64,000 nucleotides of DNA from Eledone cirrhosa (GCA_964016885.1 OZ024740.1:326616001-326680000); one strand, 5' to 3'. Counted from the stretch's first letter, positions 1-15,715 are shown. Numbers and translations are program-made. The notes: generated by a model from the sequence alone, not told the origin.

Positions 1-150
1 ATATATAATAGAATAAATATGGTGTTATAAATATAGTTTCCATTTATTTAATATCATTTAATATTTACTCCAGAAATCTGTCGAGTGCCCTGAATCAGTT
101 ATAAACATTTATATTTGTTGAATTTCCAACAAATTAAATATCCCTTCTAC

Positions 151-365
<215 letters not shown>

Positions 366-504
366 CGTGGGAAAGTAAGAGATAGGAGAACAGACCGTTA
401 ATATTTCCGGATGTTTTTTGCAGCGCCTGCTCGCCGGGGTGTTAAAGTTTGTTGCAGGGAGACCCGGTATACGGTTTCACTCCTCATCCTTATCCCATCT
501 GAAG

Positions 505-2880
505 AAGGATATTTTTAAGCGATGTGTACAGCTTATCGTCGTTTCAGCTCTGCTGTTGATGAGCTCGTGGGGTGCCGTTATGATGTGGTAGAGCTCCATG
601 AGGTAAAGATCGCACTTCCTCTTGAAGTTGTACGGTGCAGCCCAGCCGACAATATCCCAGTGCGTGGAGAAGCTGATGTTTAAGTCTTTTAATGATGTGA
701 TGTAGTCCGTGAGCGAGGTGGATTATCTTAATTTCTTATTTTTGAAAGAGTGGAGATGTGTTCGAAATCTAATTTTGAACGGACCAGAGGTAGCCCCTAT
801 ATAATGTTTAACGCTATTGTGGCTAGTTACAGTGCACCTATATATAACCCTATCAATCAAGCAGTATCCCCTAAGGGGGCAGCGTCCTCTGTCGCGACAG
901 TTGCAATTTCGGTCGCGGTCTCTTCTAATTCCCACGGTAAGGCTATAATTATTGCTATCTAAGTTGTTACCTACTCTCCCGCATTTGTCGTTAGCACCAT
1001 TACAACCCACAGTGCGCGGGGTGGAACCATTATTATTCCGCACGTCATGTCCTGCATGTTCCCCAGTCATGTCGCGGTTATGCTGGTTGCGTCAGTAGAG
1101 GCTGTTGCCAGCACTATTGGATGCTGCTAGGGAGTCGTTAATGCCGATATAGTTATTGTCAGGTGTAGGTGCCTCTGTACTAAGGTGTTATGTCTTGGTG
1201 ATCTTACTGTGATTAGTTGTTCCTATGATGTCTGCTAGGTTAGGAGTAGTAGAGAAGGATATTTTTATATTGTTCCTATTAATGATTTTTCTATACCTAT
1301 GGTTGGGTGGGAAGTTCTTCTCTAAGGCTTCGAAGAATATCCGGGGTATGTCGGAGGCCACACTCCGAGAGTGTGGTGGGTGGAACCATAGGACGTTACG
1401 GTGGCGATTATGTGTCCTTGTACGCTTGCTAAGGGTGGTTCCATCAGGGTAACCGTCCTTATGCATGTTAATGCGCTGTAGCCCGTTACGTGCCCCTTTC
1501 ACTTTATGTTCGGGTGCACTCTTCTTCCTTCTGCTATGTTTATGTACAGGAAGATGTTGGTTGGAAGGCGTTGGTAGTAGGCCGTTGCCTTTGTTGATTT
1601 TATAGTAGGGGAATAATTCGAGTAGGCTACAGTGGTCACTGTCACTGGGGTCGTGATATTTATTTTGTGGTAAGTTACCTATACTATTGCCAGTGTAATT
1701 AATGTTGCGACCGTGTTCCTTAGTGCGATTATCTATACTATTACATCCGACCCCTTTGGAGTCGCTGCGTGATCGGTTATAGGTATGACTTACTATAACG
1801 TTCGTCTTATGAGGGGGGGGGGTCTGGAGCTAACGTTAGGGATGTAGGAAATTCCTCGGTTAAAGCCAGCGCTTATCAAGGCCCTATTGTAGTAATCTGC
1901 CGCTTGGTTGAAGATATCCTCATTGGTGGAGGGCCTCGAGATCCTATGTGAGATGCTATAGACTATGGAGTTGAGAGTCTGCTTAGAGTGGTTGGAGGCA
2001 TAATTAATATAAGAAAGGCTATCTCCAGGCTTATGGTATGGCTTGTATAGGCCCGTACTCAACTCCAGGGTCACGTCCAGGAAGTTGACAACCTGGTGGT
2101 TGAGGTCTATATTTACGGATAGGCCGTATGACGTGAAGAACCTGTGTATATGCTTGTTCAGGTTCTCTATCCTACGAGGGCTATGGTTCCTAACGGTAAA
2201 CAGGGCGTCGTCCCTATATACACCTCCTTGTAGGGCCGGCATCTTGTCCCTAAGCTTATGGAGGAGGTACATTCCGACCAGGTCAGTTGCTTGCGCTGAG
2301 TCGCTGGACCCCATCGTCATATCGAAGTTATCAGGACGGTTGGTTCTGGTCCAGTAGGAGCCTTCGAACTGGATAATGGTTCTACGCGCCGCTAGAACTA
2401 TGTCTATTTCTTTTTTAGTGAGGCTAGTGTTAGATTTAGCTAATATGAGTGCCTTATTTAAGAGTATGGGGGAGATAGAGGCGTAGTAGCTATCTATGTC
2501 AAACTGGATGAACTTCAGGGTCGCTTTATCAGGCAACTCGGTGAACCAATTTATGACCTGGTCGGTGTTGCCCCAAAGGCAGACCTTAGCCTTTCTATCG
2601 AGGATCACTTTACTAATCTTACCCAGATCAAATGTAGAGGGACATATTAGTCTAATAGAGGGGCTTTCATCAAAGTTACATTTGTGATCCTTAAGGGAGA
2701 ATCTAGGCGTCAGAGGGACTACGGGTTTGTGTACTTTTCTATTTCTAAGCTGGTAACTATATCCTTCCCTACTCTATTTATGTCATTTAGGGTACTAATG
2801 GGTGTCTTTTTGTAGTCTTTGCGTAGTTCTTTATAAATGAATTGTTTATACTTGCTCGCGTCCATCTTGTACAGCTTCTA
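505..2880 (-). pseudogene. Disrupted PLE RT + GIY-YIG ORF
   Basis: ORF pieces 1793-2608, 1188-1502 and 723-1070; the endonuclease continues past a stop (STSLTDYI..CDLYLMEL..INSRAE) to about 505. Confidence 0.88.
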
Positions 2881-2923
2881 GTTATTTATGTTACAGTTTA
2901 TGTACAGCTTTTAGTTATTTATT

Positions 2924-2960
2924 CCCTTGAGAAGCCCATCCGGGCGAAACGTACGTAGGT
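2924..2960 (+). ncRNA. Minimal type I hammerhead, U3:A8 core variant
   Basis: CC-TTGAGAA-GCCC-atcc-GGGC-GAAA-C-GTAC-G-TA-GG; stem I is only 2 bp. Confidence 0.65.
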
Positions 2961-3169
2961 GTTGTTTTAAATAAACATGTATTAACAGTCTGTTCTCCTA
3001 TTTCTTACTTTTCCACGTGCTTACGCTCAGCTAACTCTCTCGCCCACTAGATATTAACACCTCTAATATCTAACACTGCCGGCACTAGTATTGAGCACCT
3101 TCTGCATACGCTATTTGGCAAATAACTACATGTATCACCTATCCCTCCTTTTTTCTCTCTCTCGATACG

Positions 3170-3237
<68 letters not shown>

Positions 3238-3509
3238 CTCTCTCTCTCTATATATATAAATGGCTTATACAGGACTAGAACTGTTTCATTCGGGAGAAAT
3301 CATCAGCAAGCCGACTGTCCAATATATAATGTCTATATATAAACAAAGCGGTTGATTTAAGAAGCACTGAAAAAAATAATTGAAATGCGTGCGTCCCAAT
3401 GCAGGGGCGCCATATTGACATATGGCATTTCTACGGTATTTTAAGCTTGGCGGAGCCTATCTCCTCTCCAGGTCTGAATTCAGCAGATTTCTTCAAGAGA
3501 AGGATATAT

Positions 3510-3690
3510 AATTGTTTCTACTTCTGGCACAAGGCCAGCAATTATCCCAGTGTATTACTGGTACTTTATTTTATCGACCCTGTAAGGATGAAAGGCAAAG
3601 TTAACCTCGGCGGGATTTGAACTCAGACGATAAAGGGCCGTAACTCTTTGCTGCAAAGCATGGCGTCCGACCCTCTACCGATACTGCCAA
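3510..3690 (-). mobile_element. tRNA-derived SINE, family A
   Basis: Shares ttatcgaccc(c)gtaaggatgaaaggcaaagttaacctcggcgggatttgaactcaga with about 12 other copies in the window; B-box-like GAGTTCAAATCC on the minus strand. Confidence 0.85.
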
Positions 3691-3734
3691 ATGAAAGGAA
3701 GGAAGTGAGAAAGAGATACAGAGGAACAATCAAC

Positions 3735-3848
3735 CACAGTACTAGACTGGTATAATTTTATCGACCTTAAATGAATGAAGGGCAGGATTTGAAATCAGAG
3801 CGCAAAGAGTATCCGTCGTTTTAACGACTCTGCCAATTCGTCGCCTTT
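3735..3848 (-). mobile_element. Degenerate SINE family A copy
   Basis: ttatcgacc..gaatgaagggc..ggatttgaaatcaga..ctgccaattcg. Confidence 0.65.
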
Positions 3849-4353
3849 GACACGTCTAAACAACAACTGATAAATATTTAGCTAGAATATAGTACATAAA
3901 TACTATAAGTGACATAGAGACACTGAGACACTGAGACACAGAATCTAAGACTACGCCATTGTTGTTATGAATTATCATACATAGATAGCATGAATATTAA
4001 TAGTGCTTCTTATGTGACAGAATTCATCAGAGCTATATAATTACACAAGCTGTTTTTTCATCACTGAAGGTGTAATCTTAATTCATTAACATTTCATGGC
4101 TTAGTACATCAAGTATGTTAATGACCACTTTACCGTTCAGTTTTCATGCAGGAGGCGTGACTGGGTATTTTCCGTCAGTCAATCTATTAATGAATTTGCA
4201 CAACTCTACATTAAATTGGTTAACAGACATTGACAGCGTTTACTCGCCAAGCACTTATGAATGGATTGCCTTCCCCTAATTGTACACACACACAAACATA
4301 CATACATACACACACACACGCACGCACGCGCACGCGCGCGCACACACACACAC

Positions 4354-4488
<135 letters not shown>

Positions 4489-4528
4489 GACGTAGACATT
4501 ACAATACAACGGGAGGAAATATAATAGT

Positions 4529-4570
4529 ACCACTGATGATGTCACAAGTGTGTGACGAAACAACTGTGAT
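4529..4570 (+). ncRNA. Degenerate hammerhead in a solo pLTR-like fragment (about 4486-4775)
   Basis: CTGATGA-t-GTCACA-agtg-TGTGAC-GAAAC; same stem II as the HHR at 24787; cleavage triplet is not canonical; downstream atgaccctccccaaatataacaata resembles the pLTR end at 24965-24990. Confidence 0.6.
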
Positions 4571-4771
4571 AAACTATATATATATATATATATATTTATA
4601 TCTATACTTTTAACCGTTGGTCAATAAATGATAAACATTGATTGCCAGATAAATTAACTGGAGAGATATAAAAGATACAGAAGCGAAAACGAATTCAAAC
4701 CAAACAGTGAGTGTGTTTTATTATTATTTCTGGCAATATTATAACAATATGACCCTCCCCAAATATAACAA

Positions 4772-4815
<44 letters not shown>

Positions 4816-4883
4816 CACATATATATATATATACACACACACACATATATATATACACAAATATATATATATATATACATATA

Positions 4884-4973
<90 letters not shown>

Positions 4974-4980
4974 TATATAC

Positions 4981-5011
<31 letters not shown>

Positions 5012-5070
5012 CATATATATATATACATATATATATATACACATATATACATATATATATATACATACAT

Positions 5071-5102
<32 letters not shown>

Positions 5103-5569
5103 TTGAGTTTCTAACTCAATATATGATTTTCTCGGCGCCATACATAGAGCTAACTTTAGTCCCATAAAACCGGCTGCTATTTTTAGTGGCACAAGTATGA
5201 GACGCGCTAGGCGCTGTAACATGTGCGTTTATACCAATACATAGTTCAGTCTTCTTAGATCTTTTGAAGTGAAAGGTACGAATTGCCTGGATAGCCTCAG
5301 AAAGCACAGGAATGGTGGCTTTCACTTAATAATTGTTGCAAAACAGATTTAGATCTGTCCGGGTATAAACGGCGGTTGCCCGATATAGGTTTGTTATTTT
5401 TATTAATATATTACTTTAAATCGAGACAGGCAAACCATATTGTTTTAAATTAGTATTTTTTCAACCTAGCTAACTTGGCCATTTGCAATTCGAATACCTG
5501 TATACTTATATCGGTGTTCATCCCTCTCATATATTCAATTGTATTATATATATATATATATATATATAT

Positions 5570-6962
<1,393 letters not shown>

Positions 6963-7397
6963 TGAGAGAGAGAGAGAGAGAAAGAAAGAAATAGAAAGAG
7001 AGATAGGTTTAATCCCGACCGCAAAAGTAGCAAAGGTGATGAATTAAGTCATTTTATTCTTCTGACATATGTTTCTAAAAAAAAACAAAAACAACAACAA
7101 AAGAAAATCTGTACGTTGACTCAATGAATTAATGATTAATACTGTTCAATTTGTGTCTTCAGAGAAGATAGAAATGAGTAAGGAAGCAATGTACGTATAA
7201 TGCCATCCTTATAACTGCAAAACATATTGTTTAACTATCACATTCCTTCTACCTGGTTTTGCGACAGGTAGATAGTATTAGCAATTGGGAAGAGCAATAG
7301 AAACATTGTCTCCTCGTTCCAATTTGACGATCTCCACTTGTTAAGCGAATGAGGCCTGGGATCTTGTCGATCGACTGCTATTATATATATACCCTCA

Positions 7398-7576
7398 TTG
7401 GATTGGCAGTATCGGTAGAGGGTCGGACGCCATGCTTTCCAGCATAGTTACGTCCCTTTGCGGTCTGAGTTCAAATCCCGTCGAGGTTAACTTTGCCTTT
7501 CATCCTTACGGGGTCGATAAAATAAAGTACCAGTAATGTACTGGGTGATGGCCTTGTGCCAAAAGTAGAAACAATT
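7398..7576 (+). mobile_element. SINE family A
   Basis: ttggcagtatcggtagagggtcggacgcc..gagttcaaatccc..gtgccaaaagtagaaacaatta. Confidence 0.88.
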
Positions 7577-7839
7577 ATATATCCGTTTTCGTCAGCCAGC
7601 TAGTAGCAATGACTATGATTTCAATGCTTTAAAGTTGGTATCATTCTCTCCAGCTCAGACGGTATTGCGATAGGACAAAAGACGGCAACATAGGACAGCG
7701 TGTGTCTTTTCGACAAATTACATAAAGGTAAGGGAAAAAGTGTACTATAAACCAGAGTGCTTTTAATTGAAAATGAAAATCGCTGGAACGAAGTACAGTG
7801 TGCAAAACAACTTAGCTGGGAGAAAAAAAAAAAAAAAAA

Positions 7840-7892
<53 letters not shown>

Positions 7893-7899
7893 AAAAAAT

Positions 7900-8050
7900 T
7901 AAATCGCACCTCCTGCGACTCGTACTTCGCATCCAATCTTGTCGCTTCGACCACAAACCCAGGCTCCGCTGCTCGTAATGCAGAGGAGAGGAAGATAGTT
8001 AAATACTGGAGCCTGGCCAACTACTTCCTCTATGTACTGGGCTCCGTCTA
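7900..8050 (+). pseudogene. CRE-clade-like LINE endonuclease-region fragment
   Basis: TSCDSYFASNLVASTTNPGSAARNAEERKIVKY resembles the CRE C-terminal pattern (DxTCxDT..S..GxAA..AE..K..KY). Confidence 0.6.
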
Positions 8051-8589
8051 GATCTCTGGTGTCCTTGCCATTTTGCCATTTTGTCCGCGGGGCGTAACCG
8101 AAACACCACTCTGACTTAAGTGCAGAGACCTCTCCCCTTCCCCGTTTCTTTCGTTGCTAAATAATCCTTTCCCTATCCCCTCTCATTTATAATCTTTTGC
8201 AATGCTAATTTCTTTTTCTTTGATTGATTTCTATTGATTTGTTTCTTTTAAAAATTACATATTCATCATATTACACAAAATGTGTTTATATGTACAAAAT
8301 GGAATAAATAAAATTTCATGATTAAATTAAGAAGGTAAAAAAAAATGTTATTAAGAAGTAAACGGCAGCGCGTTGCGTAATGAATTTTGTATATCATATA
8401 AACCCGGACTATCGATAGTTTCTGTGCTACGGTTTGCTCATAACAGTTACAACCTCAACTGTTATTCACAGCAGTAATGTAATGTCTGAGACATTACACA
8501 ACTGGACACGGCAACACGTCTTCAGCGGGTGATCTTCCTCTCCCCTCGAACGGAAAGGTTTCTCTGAATGACTCTCACATGTCCAGTCA

Positions 8590-8667
8590 TAAGCAATTAC
8601 AAACAGATTCGATTACTTAGTGAGTTGGGTTTCGTAACCTAATAAAGATCGGTTGATAATCACCTCC

Positions 8668-8719
<52 letters not shown>

Positions 8720-8867
8720 ATAATAATAAATTTGAAAACTAAAATCCAAAGAGGGTTCGATAAGGATAAATATATATCAAATATATAAGAACCGTAGAGC
8801 AAATATTTATTAAAATAACAGATTAAAGTTTAAGCAAAGAATCCTTTGCTTAAACTTTAATCTGTTA

Positions 8868-8935
<68 letters not shown>

Positions 8936-8985
8936 TATCAAGTGATCTTTATTAGGTTACGAAATCAAACTCACTAAGTAATCGA
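8590..8985. repeat. Nested inverted repeats around (TA)n
   Basis: 8610-8662 is inverted at 8932-8984; internal hairpin 8809-8839/8844-8874; the inner sequence recurs at 47095-47230 and, inverted, at 59355-59430. Confidence 0.85.
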
Positions 8986-10043
8986 GTATGTTTGTCATTG
9001 ATTGATTCCTGTATTAAAAAGAACTCAAGTAATAAAACACCACGACAGAATAAATCGTTAGCACTAACTTCCTTTGATTAAGTTTATGAGGCTATAAATC
9101 AGACATAATGATCGAGGCAAATTACCTATGGACACCATCCGCATGGCGAATGAATAAATAAGTCATGTGGAGTAAAAGGAAACGTTAATCAAGACTTCCT
9201 TACTATTAAAAAAATGCATATATTGTATCAATGCCTCAATCTGATCAAGACAGACAGGGGAGACAACTCCTATATCTCAAATAATCAAAATGTGCTAACA
9301 ACACCCGAATGTTAATTGATAACAATACTTTTATTCACAGCTGTATAAATAACATTACACATTTTTTTTATAATTCTTACAGAATGAAAATATAAGCACA
9401 AATGATATATGCAATTAATTAATGCTAGGAACCTCATAAATATAATGCACAAAATATATAATCAAAGCACGTAAAACAAACCCAATCAATTCAACACCAA
9501 GAGCATCAATGGGTCAATCACCATAGCGTTCATCGGAAAATTTGAGGTAAGCCAACACGCTCGCAGCATTATCGCGGGTTTTGGCAAGACTGAAACAACT
9601 AAGCACCCTCACGGGCATCACCTGACACCTCGGTAAGGCGAGCCGCTAACGGTGACAAGAACTTCGCTGTCAGTAGCTCAGTACCTCCAAACGTCTCGAA
9701 CAGGCTGGAAAAATTAGTTATTTGATAATTCTTTAGTTGCTTAATCAGATGGACTCTGGTCAAATTCATTCCAGCTGTGATTATCCTGTCTTTTTTTCTG
9801 CAGATAGTATTATCTGGAACTACACGATCCAATATGTTATTGCGTTTTTAAAAGACATTAAGGCATAATCTGAGGGAGATTTGGATTTTTATTGTTTGGA
9901 AATCAAATGACTTCGTAGAATTTTATTTGCGTTTGTTTAATTTCAGGTTAAGCTATGAAGCAGGCCTATCATTAATGTATTGTTTTTGTTTTTAGTTCAG
10001 CCTTAGTTTACCTACGAGTCACTGCTTTATTTAAGACAGTAGA

Positions 10044-10345
10044 GTGGAATATGAGGCTGATTTGGGGCTCCAATTCCAGCAAGTCAAGCAAGCATGAACA
10101 GGCCCCCTTGTTAGCTGGTTGTAGTGGCAAGGGATGTAATATCTGGATTTTAGGTTAGCAGCAATATGTATTATAGATTCAGCATAATTTTCAACGGTGG
10201 AATTTGAGGAAGATTTGGGGCCCAATTCTAATAAGTCAAGCAAGCAAGGAAAAGCTCCCTTGTTAGCTGGTTGAAGTGACAAGGGATGTAATATCTGGAT
10301 GTATAGGTTACAAACATTTTGGTTAGCAGTAATATGTATTAAACA
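10044..10345. repeat. Diverged tandem duplication, period about 153 bp
   Basis: gtggaat..gatttgggg..aagtcaagcaagca..ccttgttagctggttg..aagggatgtaatatctggat occurs at 10044 and 10197. Confidence 0.8.
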
Positions 10346-10591
10346 TTCAGGATCATTTTCAACAATAATTCAGTATGGCTCTCCAGAGAATACTTTATAT
10401 TTCATGATATCGATTAGACTAAACGCTACTGTTGCATTATGACAAAGTGTGTCTGTATTATTTCCACCGTTACCCCTTCATACCACCCATAGCAACATGT
10501 TAATTACCGTTCGAATGTTAATACATGTACATAAACCCACGCACAGGCGCATGCATACAAACACCAGACACACTAGCATACATATGCACAG

Positions 10592-10715
<124 letters not shown>

Positions 10716-11051
10716 GCACACACACACACACACACACATGTATGTATGTATGTATATATGTATGTGTATGTATGTATTGATGTATATATGTATGTATGGA
10801 TGGATGTAAGTATGTATGTATATGTTTACATATGTCATAAAAGCGGCAGTACAAAAGCCAAAAATACGCCACATCCTGAAGATGAGACTGCGAAAGACTA
10901 GAAACATTTTTTGGAGACCTTTGTTGCTTTAAACGAGCTGCTAGAACTCGTAAGAAAGTACGAATAACAAAAAAAAAACAAAAAAACTTCAATATCGTCG
11001 TATCTTTGATACGGATGGCTGGAACAGACAAAAGAGTAAAAGAGTAAAAGA

Positions 11052-11105
<54 letters not shown>

Positions 11106-11112
<7 letters not shown>

Positions 11113-11300
11113 AGGATCGGGACCCCGACAGCTGAGCTCTTGCCGTTTCAAACAGCTAGTTACAGTCTAGAAATAGCTATTCAAATGACAAGAGCTCAGT
11201 CGTTGGGGTCCCGACTCTTTATTATATAACCATACTGTACTACCCCATGTATCGAGTACTCTGTTCAGTAAGGCTCTAACCAGTTTCTTACTGAATCCAT
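11106..11300 (+). mobile_element. Fold-back mini-element family P (subfamily 2) in (TA)n
   Basis: Imperfect hairpin 11106-11225 plus tail tactacccc..gagtactc; homologous to 23866-24010 and 12424-12620. Confidence 0.75.
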
Positions 11301-11310
11301 ATATATATAT

Positions 11311-11400
<90 letters not shown>

Positions 11401-11405
<5 letters not shown>

Positions 11406-11467
11406 ATACATTAACAGAGAAAGCTTTAAGCAATACCCCGACCGACTTCCTATATATACATATACAA

Positions 11468-11529
<62 letters not shown>

Positions 11530-11590
11530 ATATATATATAGGAAGTCGGTCGGAGTATTGCTTAAAGCTTTCTCTGTTAATGTATTAAAT
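11401..11590. repeat. Palindrome centred on a (TA)n tract
   Basis: 11401-11450 is the reverse complement of 11541-11590 with 1 mismatch; the spacer runs TA-CA-TA-TG-TA symmetrically. Confidence 0.9.
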
Positions 11591-11616
11591 ATATATATAT
11601 ATATATATCACGATGG

Positions 11617-11647
<31 letters not shown>

Positions 11648-12002
11648 AATTCCTGGCAAAACCAGTCCATCTTTACTTCAACCATAGTTTAAAGAGAACT
11701 ACATTATCCTTTACATGTGTCTTTTAATGTGTCATATGAGACATATCTGGCTATTACTTCTAGAAGGTTGGACGATTACATTCAATGCATTTATCGCCTA
11801 TTCACAGACACCCACATACGTTCATAGATACAGGCAAAAAACACATACTCACATACCTTTATGTTTACCCATTAAACGCATCAGTAAAACGTCCACATGC
11901 TCGTAATTAAATATGCAAGAGCGCAAATTTACTGTGATTCACTTCGTCACTAAGACACACATGCACGAGTCCATTCACGTACAGCAATCCATAGACAACA
12001 AA

Positions 12003-12123
<121 letters not shown>

Positions 12124-12139
12124 ATATATTATATATATG

Positions 12140-12288
<149 letters not shown>

Positions 12289-12373
12289 TGATCAAACAAG
12301 CCGAAACCACTTGGCGCACCGGCACCGGTCGGATTTTACATATCCCCCCCCCCCTTCTCTCTCTCTCTTTTTC

Positions 12374-12423
<50 letters not shown>

Positions 12424-12425
<2 letters not shown>

Positions 12426-12617
12426 AAAATGTTTAACCCCGACGGCAGAGCTCAAGCCGTTTCGACACGGCTATTTCTGGAGTCCAGAAATAGCCGTCGA
12501 AACGGCTTGAGCTCTGCTGTCGGGGTTAAATATTTTCTTATTACCCACTCTACTACCCTAAGTATTGAGTACTCAGGTGCGTTATGGTCCATCTGGTTCC
12601 TTACCACACCTCCTTCG

Positions 12618-12620
<3 letters not shown>
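12424..12620 (+). mobile_element. Fold-back mini-element family P in (TA)n
   Basis: Arms 12425-12481/12483-12537 plus an 80 bp tail ending ccttcgt-(TA)n. Confidence 0.85.
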
Positions 12621-12669
<49 letters not shown>

Positions 12670-12823
12670 AGGGAGTGTAACTTGGAGTTACTGTAGGTTC
12701 ACCCGGGTGAGCACTCGATGTTTAGGTTCACTTCAGTGTCGAGGTGTAGAGCTATACAGAGTGTATTATAGTTAAATAAGATAACAAGGACGATTGGTTA
12801 CTCCTTCATTACGTTTATTGGTT

Positions 12824-12910
12824 GGTGACGCGCGTTTCGCCACTGATCAGATCAAGGTTCGATCTGTATCGATCTGACCCGACTCTGTAATCCGCGACTC
12901 GTCAGACACC
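12824..12910 (-). ncRNA. Type I hammerhead with extended stem II
   Basis: GT-CTGACGA-GTCGC-[about 50 nt containing TCAGATC/GATCTGA]-GTGGC-GAAA-C-GCGC-G-TC-AC; lies in an island of about 265 bp (12668-12933) between (TA)n tracts. Confidence 0.75.
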
Positions 12911-12933
12911 TTGTAATGTTAATGGAAAAATGA

Positions 12934-12968
<35 letters not shown>

Positions 12969-13186
12969 TATATATTTATATATATATATGTCAGCGAAGC
13001 ACATGAGAAGAAGAACGTGTTTTTGCCTGTGCCATATCACAAAATCGAATTTCATCTGAAGATACCGTTCTCATAACAACACCAAATGTATAAATTACAT
13101 CATAGATTGCATAAGAGACCCGTTGAAATGATTATTACGAATAACCGATTTATGCAACACCACCATCTTTCACACACACACACACA

Positions 13187-13327
<141 letters not shown>

Positions 13328-13651
13328 GACAATAAAAACAACAAAGTCAAGTTGTTTTACCAATTCATGTCATTGTTTTACGATCGTATCGGAGGGTCGA
13401 TCATATTGACATATTGTCTGATCTATAGCAGTTATATATAACTGTATACTATCAGACCTTATATATAGGTTCGATCATATATAAAGACACAAATATAGCG
13501 ATAGATGCATTGAACGTGCTAGAAGTTATAGCTCAACATCCCTCATATGACATCTCACCATCCTAAAAAGAAAAGAAAAAAAACAATGATAATGCAGTCT
13601 TCTTTACATAACGTGTATATCAAATCTTTGCATTTAAAACAAATTACATAT

Positions 13652-13763
<112 letters not shown>

Positions 13764-13789
13764 TGCAGTATTAACCCTGTCCTCTGATG

Positions 13790-14020
13790 ACTGCCACCCT
13801 ACTCCTACACTAATATGTCGTCCGCCTCGTTGTCCCGACCGACAGGATGGCGAATGCATTGTCCCGGAAAGTGGCGAGGAGGATGCGCTAAAACAGCCAC
13901 TCCACCTCGTGGGCCTCGTACCCGCGGGCAGTCAGCTCCGTGCCGATAGCAGTGAGCAAGGATGTTGCCTGGGGGCCAAGAATGCAGGAAGTCTCCACTG
14001 CTTAGAGGCATAACCACAAA
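13790..14020 (-). pseudogene. 3' end of a CRE-clade-like LINE
   Basis: Manual translation AVETSCILGPQATSLLTAIG..EVEWLF*RILLATFRDNAFAIL fits the CRE C-terminus pattern (VETxGxLG..WLFQRISLA..RGNA). Confidence 0.7.
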
Positions 14021-14269
14021 CCTATCAGAGAGTTATGCTTGAAAAAAGATGAGATGTTCATCTCTGGAATGGTTTTCATCATAGGTCTGTACGATAAGGG
14101 TTTATATGGGGTTGGTGGGTGTTAAAGAACAACAACAACAGCAACAACAACAACAACAGCGACGGCGACGACGAGGGAGTCACCAGATAATGTACTTCTA
14201 AACACGTTGTCTAAAATAGATGCTGATGGTCTTGTACGATAGGTCTGCTTGATCAGGGCTTACTTAAGT

Positions 14270-14362
14270 ACAAAACGACTACAAGTACTACAACCACCAC
14301 GACCACGACGACAACGACGACGACCACCACCACTACTACTACTACCACCTCCACCACCAACG

Positions 14363-14402
<40 letters not shown>

Positions 14403-14427
14403 AACTACTACTACCTCCATTACGCCC

Positions 14428-14470
<43 letters not shown>

Positions 14471-14483
14471 CTCCATTACGCCC

Positions 14484-14520
<37 letters not shown>

Positions 14521-14533
14521 CTCCATTACGCCC

Positions 14534-14584
<51 letters not shown>

Positions 14585-14585
14585 G
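14270..14585. repeat. (CTA)n/(CCA)n/(CGA)n array with a recurring 17-bp interruption
   Basis: cctccattacgccccca occurs three times (about 14414, 14470, 14520). Confidence 0.9.
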
Positions 14586-15342
14586 TACGATGATGGCAAC
14601 GACGGCAAATGTATACAGGCATCGAGCCATAAAGCCAAACTCGTATGCTTGAGAAAGAGTTTCATTAGTATATTCGCGGTGTTGATATTGCTCTAAATAT
14701 GTCCATTCACAAAATTAAATGAGAAAAAGTCCACTGAAGAGTCAATAAAACATCAATTAGTGCTGATGGTAGATCTAGCATGAAAGGCTTTCTCTCTCGT
14801 GGGTGTGGAACACTATGATTTGGAGTTTGCATAGTGTGAGAGAACAAGGGCAAGGTTTCGCAGCCAAAATCAGACATCTATTTTATCGAAGTGAATCTAC
14901 AAGGTTGGAATGGTTATAGCGGGGGTGGATGTTGGAGTTTGCCACTGTGTGATAATAGGATAAACGTGTTAAAATTGTTTTCAAAGGATTTTTACCTTTC
15001 ATTCTCTCAACTCTGCCGCCAATCGTGTATGTTAGAGAGAATTTGTGTATGTATGTGTGTGGATTTGTATGTATGTATGTATGTATGTATGTATGTATGT
15101 ATGTATGTATGTATGTATGTATGTATGTATGTGTGTGTATGAATGTATGTATGTATGTATGTATGTATGTATGTATGTATGTATGTATGTATGTATGTAT
15201 GTGTGTGTATGTGTGTGTGTGTGTATTTGAGAGTGTACGTACGTGCATGAGTGTTCTGCGTGTATTTATGTTTATTTTTAATTCACTTAAGTCAGCCCCT
15301 CTAAGCAACGCAAAATAAATAAAGGCAAATTCGCACTCACTT

Positions 15343-15441
<99 letters not shown>

Positions 15442-15510
15442 ATCGAACCTCAACCGTTAAGGATGTCTTTATGCGGGTATGTCAATATTTATTTATAAAA
15501 CAAATTTGTA

Positions 15511-15574
15511 TTTTATCTGATGAAAGCGCCCCAAAAATTTGCCTGGTTGCCCTTGAAAAATATATATAATAAAA
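15511..15574 (+). ncRNA. Type I hammerhead-like motif, slightly degenerate
   Basis: TTTTAT-CTGATGA-AAGCGC..GCCCTT-GAAA-aaTATATA-TA-ATAAAA with a 6-bp stem I; the downstream 150 bp is homologous to 1-148 and, inverted, to about 62200-62295. Confidence 0.6.
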
Positions 15575-15715
15575 TAATTATGGTTTTATATATATAGTTT
15601 CCATTTATTAATATATTAATATATTGAATATTTACTCCACTAAACTGTTGAGTGCTTTATGTCAGTTATAAACATTTTTAAGCTTGTTGAATCCCAACAA
15701 ATTAAATACAACCTC

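Noticed and set aside
505-2880. Possible selenocysteine read-through as in Naiad PLEs
   Set aside because: The endonuclease is C-terminal, and the breaks I checked are TAA/TAG stops or frameshifts rather than TGA at Cys positions.
3272-3310. Minus-strand CTGATGA-tttc..gaat-GAAAC, with weak similar cases at 14731, 43400 and 52530
   Set aside because: Stem I or half of the core is missing; not counted as ribozymes.
10872-10915. CTGAAGA...GAAAC
   Set aside because: Stems I and II pair poorly; at best a heavily decayed HHR.
13780-13910. CTGATGA plus GC-rich segment suggesting an HHR or HDV-like ribozyme
   Set aside because: No stem II-GAAA; explained as the antisense of a CRE LINE coding end.
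14270-14585. Regularly interspaced 17-bp repeat (CRISPR-like look)
   Set aside because: The spacers are (CTA)n, the context is eukaryotic and no cas genes are present; it is a higher-order slippage repeat.
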